A stretch of 64,000 nt of DNA, taken from contig CBDAVP010000007.1 in the NCBI GenBank assembly GCA_965201075.1, positions 124,001 to 188,000 of the forward strand, written 5' to 3'. Positions within the stretch are counted from its first letter, which is position 1. Each line of letters opens with the position of its first letter. The position numbers were made by a program, and so were the translations under genes. The notes under the pieces were generated by a model. The model did no database searches. It was given only the letters and a program-made list of their open reading frames with translations, and had not been told where the DNA came from. This stretch comes from Isosphaeraceae bacterium (GTDB lineage Bacteria > Planctomycetota > Planctomycetia > Isosphaerales > Isosphaeraceae). Positions 1 through 10,380 of this stretch are shown piece after piece.

Positions 1-71
1 GGCGCTCTCCCCCCGGCCCCGCCCGGATTGCGACCCACGATCACCGATAGCGAAGACAGGGAGGCTATTCG

Positions 72-1022
72 ATGTTCATGGATGCGAAACGGGGCCCGTC
101 CGTCGACCCCTCCGGCCGCCGACGAGTCGCCCGGATCAGCGTGGAGCGACTGGAGGGCAAGGCCCTCATGAGCCACATGGCCGTGCATGCCAAGGATGTC
201 ATCGTCCCGGGCGTTTTGCCCGTCGACATCTCGATCCGCCGGTTCAACCAGCCCGGCCCGATCAAAAACATCATCGGGCAGGGATTCGCCGTCAAGGTAC
301 CCCGATTCAACGGTTATTACACCGGCCCTGTCGGACTTCCGGACGCACAAGCCGATCCGACGAATCCCAACGCCACGGTCGGGGGCGGCAGCGCTCTTAA
401 CGGCTACCTGAACGCCTCAGGCGCCAAGGCTTACATTGAAGGGAGCAACCTCGTCCTGACTGGCATCATCGCCGGCACGGTCCAGGCCGCCCCCGGCCTT
501 GGTCAGGAAGCGTACTACAACTTCGGCATCAACCGTGGCGGGGCCTCCCGGACCGGTCCCTTCTTCGGTAAGCCGAAGGTGACGTTCGACTCGGTCGTTC
601 AGGTCGCAGTCACCCCGGCCGGCCTGAGCGGGACGGTGACGACCTTCGACGCCGCCGGCAATACCCTGACCACCACGGCCATCCCGCCCACGAGCATCGC
701 CACCAAGACCGATGCGGTCCAGGTGCTGGTGCCACTGAGCGAACTGCCCTCGACGGGTGTCGCGCCTTCGCGATATCGCGTCAGCTTCTTCCCCAGCGAC
801 AAGCAGGTCCCTGCGAATTTCAATGACATCGCCAGCGTCCTGCCCGAGTTCAACACCTTCCCGGTGAAGGTACTGCGGCGCTACCCGCCATTCCCCAACG
901 GCGGTGGGACGGTGGGCATTGTTCCGCCGCCGACGGACACCGGCGCCGGCACCACGACGACCACGGGTGGCTCGGGCGCAGGCAATCAGACCGGCTCGGG
1001 AACGGGCGCGACGCAAAACTGA
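72..1022 (+). CDS. Hypothetical exported protein with planctomycete-type leader
   Basis: 316-aa ORF preceded by GGAGG. N-terminal 'RRR...VERLEGKALMS' resembles the planctomycete extracellular leader motif. Beta-rich body and Gly/Thr-rich C-terminal tail. Confidence 0.7.
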   Translation: MFMDAKRGPSVDPSGRRRVARISVERLEGKALMSHMAVHAKDVIVPGVLPVDISIRRFNQPGPIKNIIGQGFAVKVPRFNGYYTGPVGLPDAQADPTNPNATVGGGSALNGYLNASGAKAYIEGSNLVLTGIIAGTVQAAPGLGQEAYYNFGINRGGASRTGPFFGKPKVTFDSVVQVAVTPAGLSGTVTTFDAAGNTLTTTAIPPTSIATKTDAVQVLVPLSELPSTGVAPSRYRVSFFPSDKQVPANFNDIASVLPEFNTFPVKVLRRYPPFPNGGGTVGIVPPPTDTGAGTTTTTGGSGAGNQTGSGTGATQN

Positions 1023-1097
1023 GCGGGTCGGTCCTTATTCGGACTCAGCCCGAACCGCGGGTTGCGACATCTCTCCGGGTGGTCGTAGAATTGGGTC

Positions 1098-2954
1098 ATG
1101 AACTCGCCCTCGCGACCCCTCGGTCGTTTCCTTCTCGGCCTGGTCCTGGAACTCTCCGTCCAGGCCCAGGCCGTCGCCCTTGAGAAATCCGCCGCTGGGC
1201 TCTCCTCGAAGCTGGCTCGGGTCGACACTCGAGATGGCCGACACCTCACGGGCACCCTGGCTGGAGATTCGCCGACAGAGCTTCGGTTCGTACCAGAAGG
1301 TGGCGAATCCCCGTTTGCGTTAACCGCTGGCTGCGTTGTGACTTTTGATGCGACCTCGCCACCTCCCGCCGGCGCGACCACTCCTCCGTTCCTGATCGAC
1401 CTGGGACTGGGCCAGCGACTCTCGGGGAGGCTCGGTCAGGTTGGCCCGGCGGAAGTCCTTCTTGAGGACGGCCCCGACCGCCGCCCGGTCCACCTGATTC
1501 GATCCGGGGTTCGCGCCTTGCGGCAACGCCCGGGCGAGGTGCTGGTTTTCCAGGACGGTTTCGAATCCCTGGATGTCTCCCACTGGAAAATCGGAGGAGA
1601 TCCGGGGCTCGTTGGTGAGCCCAAACTCAGCGGGGAGCATGCGTTACGCCTGCCGGCCGGTGGGTCGTCGATGACTTATCGAGTCGCGGACCCGGTCGAA
1701 TCGGGTCGGCTGGAAGTAGCCTTTCATGATGACGGGCGGGTCCATCCCGGTCAGCGATGGTTCATCGACATGAAGTTCCGGGGGCCTTCCGGCGACGATT
1801 GGGCGCGGGCTCTGCTCGGCTGGGATGAGCCGACCCTGGCGGTCCAAACGTCCCCGGCGGGGCCGGCGCTTTCGGTCCAGCGGCTGGTCCGTGGTCACGG
1901 CTGGCACCGCCTGAGAGTGGAGTTCGCCTCGGAACGAACGGACCTGACCGTCGACGGGCTCGCCCTCGCACATGGCCACGCCCCTCCCGGTCCCTTGCTG
2001 GAAATTCGCCTGGCCAGCGAGAGTCTCGGCCCGGCCGGCGACCCACCCGAGGGGTTGGCCGCGTTCGTCGACGACCTGAGGCTCGCGAGAGTCGTCGAGG
2101 ATGCCCGCGGCCTCGCCTCGGACCCCGACCAGGATGAGGTCCGCCTCGTCGGGGGCGACCAGCTTTTCGGGACGCTGCATCAGGCCGATGCCGCTGGGGT
2201 CCACCTGAGCGTGGTCGGGCGAGAGACTACGTTCCCCTGGACGGAGGTCGCCGCCATCCGCTTTCGGAGATCCTCAGCCCCCTCAAGGGAGGTCCGAGGG
2301 CTCTGGGCTCGGTGGGAATGGTCGGCGACTCCGGGCGTCGATCCTCACGACCTGGATGCCGTCGAGGGGGCCCTGTCGCAGATTGGCCCTGAGTCGTTCC
2401 TGGTCGAAACCCCCGACGCGGGAACCCTTTCCATTCCCCGGACTCGATTGCGTCGCCTGGTCGTCCTGGGACGGATGGGGCGAAGGGTACTCGACGGATC
2501 GGCTCACCACCTGGGCAATAATGTCGTCCGCGACTTGGACCCGCCCGAGCCCGAGGGCCGTCGCCTGGAGCTGACCTTCCCCCTCGACGAACCCCCGACC
2601 GGGCCAACTCATTTGGCCGTCGACGCGGTGCAGGTGGCCGGCGAGGCCGAGCCGTTGGAGTTCGCCGCGGCGGTGAAGGATGGCGAGCTGCGGACCACCG
2701 TCAAGGTCAATGGCCAGGCGATCGACTATCTGAACCGGCATATCACCTCGCAAAATGAAGTTCCGGAGCGGCTCCGATTGACGATCCCCCCGGGGGTCCT
2801 GGTGAAAGGGGCGAACCGGGTGGAGTTTGAGGGAGTGGGGCGAAAGGTGGACCCCGTCGACCTGGACGACATCGGGATCGTCGGCGTGGCCCTGGAAGTT
2901 CCGCTCGACGAATCAACGAAAACCCCCTCGACCGACCCGCCGCCGAGGCGTTGA
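1098..2954 (+). CDS. Hypothetical secreted protein
   Basis: 618-aa ORF with signal-peptide-like N-terminus. Repeated 'DG..L.G.L' and 'GGDQLFGTL' motifs. Stop lies 1 bp before the next gene. Confidence 0.7.
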   Translation: MNSPSRPLGRFLLGLVLELSVQAQAVALEKSAAGLSSKLARVDTRDGRHLTGTLAGDSPTELRFVPEGGESPFALTAGCVVTFDATSPPPAGATTPPFLIDLGLGQRLSGRLGQVGPAEVLLEDGPDRRPVHLIRSGVRALRQRPGEVLVFQDGFESLDVSHWKIGGDPGLVGEPKLSGEHALRLPAGGSSMTYRVADPVESGRLEVAFHDDGRVHPGQRWFIDMKFRGPSGDDWARALLGWDEPTLAVQTSPAGPALSVQRLVRGHGWHRLRVEFASERTDLTVDGLALAHGHAPPGPLLEIRLASESLGPAGDPPEGLAAFVDDLRLARVVEDARGLASDPDQDEVRLVGGDQLFGTLHQADAAGVHLSVVGRETTFPWTEVAAIRFRRSSAPSREVRGLWARWEWSATPGVDPHDLDAVEGALSQIGPESFLVETPDAGTLSIPRTRLRRLVVLGRMGRRVLDGSAHHLGNNVVRDLDPPEPEGRRLELTFPLDEPPTGPTHLAVDAVQVAGEAEPLEFAAAVKDGELRTTVKVNGQAIDYLNRHITSQNEVPERLRLTIPPGVLVKGANRVEFEGVGRKVDPVDLDDIGIVGVALEVPLDESTKTPSTDPPPRR

Positions 2955-2955
2955 C

Positions 2956-3855
2956 GTGAACCCTCTGACCCGCAGTCTGGTCCGGCACGCCCATGCGGTC
3001 GCCCGAGAAGTCGGGGCTCGCGCGATCCTGCTCTACGCCGACGTCGCCGGTCACGACGACGCCCTGGCCGCGTTGATCCGCGACGTCGACTTTCGCGTGA
3101 TCCTGGTGACCCGACGGGCCAGCTTCCAACCTCCCCCGGGGTGGGGAGACCTTTGCGCCGTCGTGAGGGTGCCCGACGTGCCCATGTCTCGCGCGGGCCA
3201 GATCAAGGTTGCCACGCTGGTCGCCGCGGTCGAGGGGTTGATCCACCGAGGCGACCGCATCGCCTGCCTGACCGGCATTGACGGCTCGGGTACCCTGGAC
3301 ACGATTGTTGTTCTGGACCTGGGCGCCGAGGTGGAACTGTTCGCCGCCTCGGCCGTCGACCCCCTCCCCCCCGGGGTCGCCCCGACGGTGTTCGAGCGAC
3401 TCTTGACACTGGCGGGTGAACTGGGCCTTGAGGGTCGCGAGGGGCGGCCGGTCGGCACGGTGTTCGTGCTGGGAGATGGCGACGCGGTCCTCACCCAGAG
3501 TCGTCAACTCGTCCTGAATCCGTTCCACGGCTATCTGGAAGGCGAGCGAAACATCCTTGACCCCCGCCTGGAGGAGACGATCAAGGAGTACTCCGCGCTG
3601 GACGGAGCGTTCCTGATCCGGGGCGACGGAGTGATTCTGAGCGGGGGGCTGTATCTTGTCCCCTCGGGCCGTCCGGAGCCCCCCCTGCCCGCCGGTTTGG
3701 GGGCACGCCACCAGGCCGCGGCGGGAATTACCGCCGGGACCGAAGCGTTGGCGATGTGCATCTCGCAGTCGACCGGGACGATTTCGATCTACAAGGCGGG
3801 CCGGCTGATTACCGACATCCCCAAACCCCGCAGCCAGGCGACGGCGGAATTCTGA
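2956..3855 (+). CDS. Diadenylate cyclase (DisA_N/DAC domain, DacZ-like)
   Basis: 'EGREGRPVGTVFVLGD', 'ALDGAFLI' (DGA motif), 'GLGARHQAAAGIT' (RHR-like) and 'ISQSTGTI'. GTG start at 2956 inferred. Confidence 0.85.
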   Translation: MNPLTRSLVRHAHAVAREVGARAILLYADVAGHDDALAALIRDVDFRVILVTRRASFQPPPGWGDLCAVVRVPDVPMSRAGQIKVATLVAAVEGLIHRGDRIACLTGIDGSGTLDTIVVLDLGAEVELFAASAVDPLPPGVAPTVFERLLTLAGELGLEGREGRPVGTVFVLGDGDAVLTQSRQLVLNPFHGYLEGERNILDPRLEETIKEYSALDGAFLIRGDGVILSGGLYLVPSGRPEPPLPAGLGARHQAAAGITAGTEALAMCISQSTGTISIYKAGRLITDIPKPRSQATAEF

Positions 3856-3862
3856 CGGACTG

Positions 3863-4270
3863 TCAGAGAATCAGGTCTTCGAGGTCATACTCGGCGATCG
3901 AGGCGACCAGTTCGTTGAAGTCGCGCATGGCACGGACGACCGCCTTCTTGGCGATTCCCCCCCGGAGGGGAATGTGCCAGTCAATGAGTAGCCTCGTCTC
4001 GCTGATGGCGCAGGCGCGGATGATGATGAGGGCGGCGTTGATTCGATTGCAGAGTGCGTGGACTTCGTGCTCCAGGCAGTCGTCCTTGAGGCCGAAGGCG
4101 CAGGAGAAGCGGATCGTCCGGCCCCGGTGGAGCATGACGAAGACCTTGAACTTGTCGTGGACGAACAGGTCGCCGTCCTCGTCGACGCCGACCTCGAAGA
4201 GGGCCGCGTCGAAGGCCGCCAGGAGGGCTTCCTGGGACGTATCCTCGGGCGTGAACAGCTCCACCGACAT
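3863..4270 (-). CDS. YbjN-like domain protein
   Basis: Start MSVELF with GGAGG upstream. 'VDEDGDLFV' and 'LCNRINAAL' pattern typical of the YbjN/secretion-chaperone-like fold. Confidence 0.6.
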   Translation of the reverse strand: MSVELFTPEDTSQEALLAAFDAALFEVGVDEDGDLFVHDKFKVFVMLHRGRTIRFSCAFGLKDDCLEHEVHALCNRINAALIIIRACAISETRLLIDWHIPLRGGIAKKAVVRAMRDFNELVASIAEYDLEDLIL

Positions 4271-4479
4271 GAGACCTCCGCGTCCCGACCCGTGCTGATC
4301 TCGACCGTTCGCCGGCGTCCCGACCACTTTAGGTCCAGCGACCGACGAGCGAAAGCCCGGACGGAGCCTCGGTGGACCGAGGGCGGGCGTCTCCGGTCCG
4401 TACGGGCGAGCGGACAGGGGGCGAAGGATGGCACCCAGCCAGGCCCGGAAGATTCCCGCGATCGAGGGCGTCACCCGGG

Positions 4480-6129
4480 TCAATGCCCCTTGCGGATCTC
4501 ATCGAAGTAACCCGAGATGTGCTTGCGGACGCCGCCGGGCACCTTCTGGTTGGAGAGGGCGTCGGCGGCCTGGGCGCTGCTGGCCTCGGCGGCCGACTGG
4601 ATCTCAACGGTGCTTTCGCCCTTCTGCTGTTCGCGGGGGGGAGCCGTCCCGAGTTGAATCGCCGCCCCCTTGCCGATCTGCTGGCGGACCTTTGAGTTGT
4701 AGGCGGAGGTGGCCTCCTTGGCCTCGGGCCGTGGCCCCTGGCCCCGCCCGCGGCCTCCCGGTCCCGACTGGTTGTTCTCGCCATCGGTGTTGCCGGGAAA
4801 GTTCCCTTCGCCGAAGTCCGACAGCCGGTTGCCGAGTTGGTTGGCCCCCTGCCCCGTCATCCCGTCCTTGGCGTCCTGAAGGTCGGCCAAGGCGTCGTCG
4901 ATCCCCTCGATCTCTTGCATTTGTCTGGCCATCTGTTCCAGTTCCTGCTGACCCATGCCCATCGCCTCAGCGGCCTTCTTAGCGTCTCCCTTGGTCATTT
5001 GCTCCTGAGCCTGGCCCAGTTGCTTGGCCAGTTGTTGCAGCTTTTTCATCTCGCCAGCCTGCTTGTCGAGCTTGGTTTTCTGCTTCTCGAACTCCTCCTG
5101 AGTGAGCTGACCCTTCGCCTTGGCGTCATCCAGTTGCTTGCGACGTTCCTGGAGGTTGGCGAGTTGCTCCAACTGCTTCTTCAAGTCGCCCATCTGCTGC
5201 TTGAGGTTCTTCTGTTCCTTCTCGGTCATCTTGCCCGAGGCGAGCTTTTCCTTGAGCTGCTTCAACTCCTGGGCGGCCTTCTGGAAATCTCCCTTCGAGA
5301 GTGCCTTGGCGAGTTCGTCGGCGGGGCCATCGGTCGACGGCATCTTGAGTTGCTGCAACTGCTTGGCGACCTGTTCGGACCCGCCCAGGGCCTTTTGTCG
5401 CTCTTTCAGGGCGTCGGTCAACTGGTTGAGTTGAACCAGCGCCTTGTCCTTACCGCCCGGAGGGGCCTGAGTCAGCCGGTCGGCGGCCTTCTCGATCTCG
5501 GCGAAGAGTTTCTGCGACTCCGCGAACTTGGCTGGGTCCAGATCCTTGCGTTTCTGGGCGATGCTTCGACCGAGCGCCCTGGCCTGCTGGGCGATGGCCT
5601 TCGCGTCGGTCGATGGGGTAACCCGGTCGGCCTTGGCCTTCGAGCCGATTCGGCCGTCGGGAATCGCCACGATCGCCAGGGCCATCGCGGCGGGGATCAG
5701 CGGCACCCAGGCCCGGCCGGGGCGTTTCAGGCCGAAGCGCTCACCGATCGGCAGATCCGTAGCGTGTCGCGCCGCGTCGGCCACCAGGGCGCGGCCGACA
5801 GGGGTTTCGCGGGTTTCGGCGGGAAGACTGAGCACGGTGCTGAGCCGCTCGTCGAGGTCGAAGACGCGGTCGATCGCCAACGCCGCGTCGAGCCGACTCG
5901 GGCCCGTTAGCGACGCGAGGCCGACTGCCAGCACCGTCGCCGAGCCAATGGCGGCGGCGAACGGGGCCCAATTCGGTCCGGGAAGCGGACGACCGATGAG
6001 ACGGGCGATGCCCAGGGTCAGGACCGCCACCGCGAGGGTGGCCGCCAGGCTCCAGACCAGGGCGGACAGGAATCGCTGAAGCCTTAGCCGTCGCCAGGCG
6101 CGGCCGATTGGTCGGTCAAATTCGCCCAT
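4480..6129 (-). CDS. Membrane-anchored coiled-coil protein (DUF4175-like)
   Basis: N-terminal TM helices, 'LDERLSTVL', long Q/K/E coiled coil, Gly-rich linker, C-terminal 'VP...RKHISGYF'. Confidence 0.7.
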   Translation of the reverse strand: MGEFDRPIGRAWRRLRLQRFLSALVWSLAATLAVAVLTLGIARLIGRPLPGPNWAPFAAAIGSATVLAVGLASLTGPSRLDAALAIDRVFDLDERLSTVLSLPAETRETPVGRALVADAARHATDLPIGERFGLKRPGRAWVPLIPAAMALAIVAIPDGRIGSKAKADRVTPSTDAKAIAQQARALGRSIAQKRKDLDPAKFAESQKLFAEIEKAADRLTQAPPGGKDKALVQLNQLTDALKERQKALGGSEQVAKQLQQLKMPSTDGPADELAKALSKGDFQKAAQELKQLKEKLASGKMTEKEQKNLKQQMGDLKKQLEQLANLQERRKQLDDAKAKGQLTQEEFEKQKTKLDKQAGEMKKLQQLAKQLGQAQEQMTKGDAKKAAEAMGMGQQELEQMARQMQEIEGIDDALADLQDAKDGMTGQGANQLGNRLSDFGEGNFPGNTDGENNQSGPGGRGRGQGPRPEAKEATSAYNSKVRQQIGKGAAIQLGTAPPREQQKGESTVEIQSAAEASSAQAADALSNQKVPGGVRKHISGYFDEIRKGH

Positions 6130-6237
6130 GCCCCGTCCCTCCCCGGTCGCCCCGACCTCTCGGGACGTCCGGTTTCACTCTAAGCTCAAGGCGTCACGCG
6201 GGCAAGCACGGGCGTCGGGACTTTTGTCCGACGATCA

Positions 6238-7182
6238 TCAGTGGCGGACCGGGACACGCCCGAAGTGCTCCCCGGCGGAAGAGATCGCGGCGGCCTGGGG
6301 CTGGAGTGAGATTTCGGTGCCGATGCCGCGATCGGTGTACATCTCGACGAGCAGGGCATGTCTCAGGCGGCCGTCGATGATGTGGATCTTGCGGACCCCG
6401 GCGGCCAGACTGTCCAGGCAGGCGGCGACCTTGGGGATCATGCCGCTCTCGATGACCCCGGCGGCGATCAATTCCTGGCAATCCTCGGGCGTCAGGCCAC
6501 GCAGGAGACTTTCGGGGTCGTGGCGATCGCGGAGGATGCCCGGGGTGTCGGTCAGAAAGACGAGTTTCTCGGCCTGGAGCGCCACGGCCACGGCGGCGGC
6601 GGCGGTATCGGCGTTGACGTTGAGCAGCCCTTCGTCGTCGGCCTCGGCCAGCGACGGCAGAATGGGCACCACGCCGGCCAGGCAAAGGTTGACGATCGGG
6701 TCGGCGTCCACCTCGTCAACCTCACCCACCCGGCCGAGGTCCAGGGGCTCGCCGCCTTGAGGGTCGGGCAAGGTCAAGGGGTGGCCAAAGAGGCACTGGT
6801 GGGTCTTGTGGTGCAGGCCCTGGGCGCGACCGCCGAACTTGTTGATGTGGCGTTCCAGGTCAAGATTGATCTCCTCGGCCAGCACCCTGGCAACGATGTC
6901 CAGGGTGGCCTGGTCGGTGTAACGACGCCCCTGCACCCAGCGGGGTTGGATCCCAGCGCGGGCCATCGCCGCGGTGATCGCCTTGCCACCACCGTGGACC
7001 ACCACCGGGCGCATGCCGACGGTTTGCATGAAAACCACGTCGACCAGCAGGGCCCGCAGCGCCTCGGGGTCCTCCATCACCGAGCCGCCGAGCTTGATGA
7101 CGGTGAACTTGCCGTGGAACTTGCGAATGTAGCCCAGGGCCTCGATCAGGACATCCGCCTTGCGGACCGCTTCATCGTGCAC
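6238..7182 (-). CDS. argB: Acetylglutamate kinase
   Basis: 'VIKLGGS', 'VVVHGGGKAI', 'GRRYTD', 'LNVNADTAA', 'GMIPKV', 'IIDGRLRHALLVEMYTDRGIGT'. Confidence 0.95.
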   Translation of the reverse strand: MHDEAVRKADVLIEALGYIRKFHGKFTVIKLGGSVMEDPEALRALLVDVVFMQTVGMRPVVVHGGGKAITAAMARAGIQPRWVQGRRYTDQATLDIVARVLAEEINLDLERHINKFGGRAQGLHHKTHQCLFGHPLTLPDPQGGEPLDLGRVGEVDEVDADPIVNLCLAGVVPILPSLAEADDEGLLNVNADTAAAAVAVALQAEKLVFLTDTPGILRDRHDPESLLRGLTPEDCQELIAAGVIESGMIPKVAACLDSLAAGVRKIHIIDGRLRHALLVEMYTDRGIGTEISLQPQAAAISSAGEHFGRVPVRH

Positions 7183-7298
7183 GTCTCGTCCCCCGCCCCG
7201 ACTTGGGCTCGCCCCGGCCTGGCCAAGCGGCTAATCTTCGAGTCCCCGGCCCGCCTTGTCCAGGCGAATCCCACCCGCGACGCCGAGAGATCGACGCC

Positions 7299-8843
7299 TT
7301 GAGCGAGCCCCGCCCCACCGAACCGGCCAGCCGCCCGACCCGGTCGTCCTGGCCCATGACCGCGGCCCTGGCGGCCTCGGCGGTGGTTTACCAGGGGTGG
7401 AACCTCCTCATCGCCCTGGGACGGGACGACACCAACCACCTGGAAACGACTCTGCAACTGATCCTCGCCCGCGCGGTTCGCGAAGGGCCGGGAGACCTGT
7501 ACGGCCCGTTTTCCGCCGCGAATCCGCTGGTCCTGATCCACGCCCCGCTCTACTACCGATTGGCGGGGTTGCTCACGAATTTGCTCGCGAAGCTGGGACT
7601 AGACCCGTTGCTGGCGGCGATGGCCGGCGGCCGGACGACCTCGGCGCTGGGGATGCTCGGCGTGCTGGCGGCGACGTGGGCGCTGGCTCGTTGCGACGGG
7701 GCTCCGAAGCGCGCGGGTCTGTGGGCGGCCTTGCTGGTGGCCGGGGCGCCGATCTTCGGGAGTTTCCCCGCGACGATCCGGCCCGACGTGGTCGCCCTGG
7801 CTTTCCAGACCGCCGGGGTCGCGCTGGCGAATCGCTGGCTCGAAGCCGATCGGCGACGGCTCGTCCCCCTGCTGGCGGCGTTCTCGGCCTTCGCTCTAGG
7901 GCAGGCCACCAAGCAGAGTTACGTCGTCACGCCGGCCCTGACATCGGCGTTCCTGCTGATCGCGGCGGTCCGGGGCCGGGCGAGGTTTTTACCAATCCTC
8001 GCGGGAATCGCCCTGATGGTCCTCATCGCGGCGGGCGAATTCGGCCTGGAGCAATGGCTCACCCGAGGGCAGATGCGTCTGGCGGTTTACGAGGTCTCGG
8101 GACAGTTGCGTCGGATTCAGTACGCCGGCTGGGCCCAGTTGCGGGCCGTCGCTTTCGAGGTGGCCAAGGAGTCGGCCGGGCTGATCGTCCTGGGCCTGGC
8201 GGCGGCCGTCGGCTGGTCCCGACGCCAAGCGGGGCGGACGACCGATGGCCGACTCTGGGCGTACCTGGTTGTGGAAACGGCCCTGGCGGGGTGGCTGACC
8301 GTCAACAGTACCGGGTCGTGGGTCAACTACGCGATGCCGCCGGTCGTCTATGGCTCGGCGCTGGTGGCCCGGGGTCTCGATCGGTCGTGGGCCGCGGCGC
8401 TCGGCGGTTGGAGGCGGGCGACGCTGGTGGCGGCCGGGTTGCTGGCATTGGCCGTGGATGTTCGCTATGTCGCGATCTCGGCGAGGAACCGCGAGGTGGA
8501 GGCCGCCCGGCTCCGCGAACTTTTCGCCGACCCGGCGGTCGCGGCCCACCCGCCCGTGGAGCGTTATTTCGTGGCCCGCCCCCAGTACAACCGCCTTTAT
8601 GGCCGGGTCGGGCTGGCCCATGACGACTGGCTCTACACGGCTTACGAATTGGCGGGGGCCGCCGCCCCCCGTTCGGAGTGGCTCAAGGCCGCCATCGCTT
8701 CGGGACCGATCCGGGTTGTCATCGTCGCCCGCGAGCCCCATCGAGACCCCCAACGTGTCGAGGGGACCGCGACGAGACTTCCAGCTTTGGGCTACCGGAA
8801 GGTGTCCAATTACGACCTCTACGACGTGTGGGTACGCCCCTGA
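7299..8843 (+). CDS. Polytopic membrane protein, probable GT-C (ArnT/PMT-like) glycosyltransferase
   Basis: Many TM segments, with 'HAPLYY', 'IRPD' and 'TKQSY' motifs. Start uncertain (ORF is open from 7203). Confidence 0.6.
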   Translation: MSEPRPTEPASRPTRSSWPMTAALAASAVVYQGWNLLIALGRDDTNHLETTLQLILARAVREGPGDLYGPFSAANPLVLIHAPLYYRLAGLLTNLLAKLGLDPLLAAMAGGRTTSALGMLGVLAATWALARCDGAPKRAGLWAALLVAGAPIFGSFPATIRPDVVALAFQTAGVALANRWLEADRRRLVPLLAAFSAFALGQATKQSYVVTPALTSAFLLIAAVRGRARFLPILAGIALMVLIAAGEFGLEQWLTRGQMRLAVYEVSGQLRRIQYAGWAQLRAVAFEVAKESAGLIVLGLAAAVGWSRRQAGRTTDGRLWAYLVVETALAGWLTVNSTGSWVNYAMPPVVYGSALVARGLDRSWAAALGGWRRATLVAAGLLALAVDVRYVAISARNREVEAARLRELFADPAVAAHPPVERYFVARPQYNRLYGRVGLAHDDWLYTAYELAGAAAPRSEWLKAAIASGPIRVVIVAREPHRDPQRVEGTATRLPALGYRKVSNYDLYDVWVRP

Positions 8844-9017
8844 TCCCTTGGGACACTGGAAGGGTTCGTCGGCTGGACGGGCCGCGGGACAACATCCGCC
8901 GGAGAGTGTATTCGCCGGGGTCCGATTCCGGCCACGCGGTTGCCAATCGCGCCCTATTCTTTGAAGCGGGGGCCGAACACATGCCGAAGGCCCTTCTCGC
9001 CGACCCCGAGCCGCTCC

Positions 9018-10349
9018 ATGACGGTTTCCCTAACCCTCGGCCATCCGGAGACTTCGGAGCTTGATCGGAAGACCTCGCCTCGACGGCTGAGAGTTCTGGT
9101 CCTGGCCGAGGAGTGCAACCCGCTTTGGTCGAGCGTGCCACTGGTCGGCTACAACTTCGCCAAGGCGTTGGCCGATCGTCCCGACCTGGAAGTGACCCTG
9201 GCGACCAACGCCAGGAATCGGTCGGCGTTGGCCGATGACCGGCTGCCTTGTCTCGTCGAAACTCATTACCTGGACACGGAATCCGTCTCCGGCCCGTTGT
9301 TTCGCCTGGGACGTCGGTTGCGTGGTGGCGAGACCCTGGGCTGGAGCCTCAACACGGCCCTGAGCTGGCCTGGATACCTGCTTTTTGAGCGGGAGGTTTA
9401 CCGGCGACTCGACCTGGGGTCGGGACGGGCCCCGTTCGACCTGATCCACCGAGTCACTCCGGTTTCTCCGACCCTGGGGAGCCCCTTGGCGAGTTGGTGC
9501 GAAATCCCGATGGTCGTTGGGCCATTGAATGGCGGACTCCCCTGGCCGACCGAATTTCCGGAACTGCGTCAGCGAGAGGGGGAGTGGCTGACTCGCCACC
9601 GGGGGTTGTTTCGCTGGTTGCCGTATGCTCGATCAACCTATCAACGGGCGGCGGGGGTGCTGGTCGCCAGTCGGGCCACCGCCGAGGATTTGCCAGAGGG
9701 CCCGGGGCCTCGGCGGCTACTTTCGGAAAATGGCGTCGACCCCGAGCGGTTCCCGGTCCTCGACAAGTGGAGGCCGCCTCAGGGGCCCTTCCGCTTCGTG
9801 ACCGCCGGTCGCCTGGCCCCGGTCAAGGCGATCGATCTGATCCTGCTGGCAATGGCGGGGTCGTCGACGCTCCGCCACTGCGGCTTGACGATTGTCGGGG
9901 ATGGCCCGGAGCGCCCCAGACTGGAGCAACTCGTCGCGGACCAGGAACTCGGCGAGGCGGTACGATTCACCGGCTGGCTGGATCAGAAGGGGCTTGCCGC
10001 GGAACTGGCCAGGTCTCAGGTTTTTGTTTTCCCCAGTATCAAGGAATTTGGCGGAGGGGTGGTGGTGGAGGCGATGGCGTCGGCCTTGCCGTCGATCGTG
10101 ACCGACTACGGTGGTCCGTCGGAACTGATCTCTCCCGAGACCGGGAGAAAACTTCCACTCGCCCCGGCCGGGGAATTGGTCGGATCGCTGAGGTTGGCGA
10201 TGGAAGAACTGGCGGGGGACTTCTCCGTGTGCCGCCGATTGGGCGAGGCGGCCTCAAGGCGAGCCCGGGAACAATTCGTGTGGTCGGCCAAGGCCGAGGC
10301 CGTGGTCGCCTTCTATCGAGAGATTCTGGCCGCCCGTGGCTTTTACTAG
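9018..10349 (+). CDS. Glycosyltransferase family 4
   Basis: 'AGRLAPVKAID', 'VGDGPER', 'FVFPSIKEFGGGVVVEAMASALP' (EX7E motif). Start uncertain. Confidence 0.9.
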   Translation: MTVSLTLGHPETSELDRKTSPRRLRVLVLAEECNPLWSSVPLVGYNFAKALADRPDLEVTLATNARNRSALADDRLPCLVETHYLDTESVSGPLFRLGRRLRGGETLGWSLNTALSWPGYLLFEREVYRRLDLGSGRAPFDLIHRVTPVSPTLGSPLASWCEIPMVVGPLNGGLPWPTEFPELRQREGEWLTRHRGLFRWLPYARSTYQRAAGVLVASRATAEDLPEGPGPRRLLSENGVDPERFPVLDKWRPPQGPFRFVTAGRLAPVKAIDLILLAMAGSSTLRHCGLTIVGDGPERPRLEQLVADQELGEAVRFTGWLDQKGLAAELARSQVFVFPSIKEFGGGVVVEAMASALPSIVTDYGGPSELISPETGRKLPLAPAGELVGSLRLAMEELAGDFSVCRRLGEAASRRAREQFVWSAKAEAVVAFYREILAARGFY

Positions 10350-10380
10350 GAGGGTGGGTTCCTTGAACGGTCTGGCCCGC

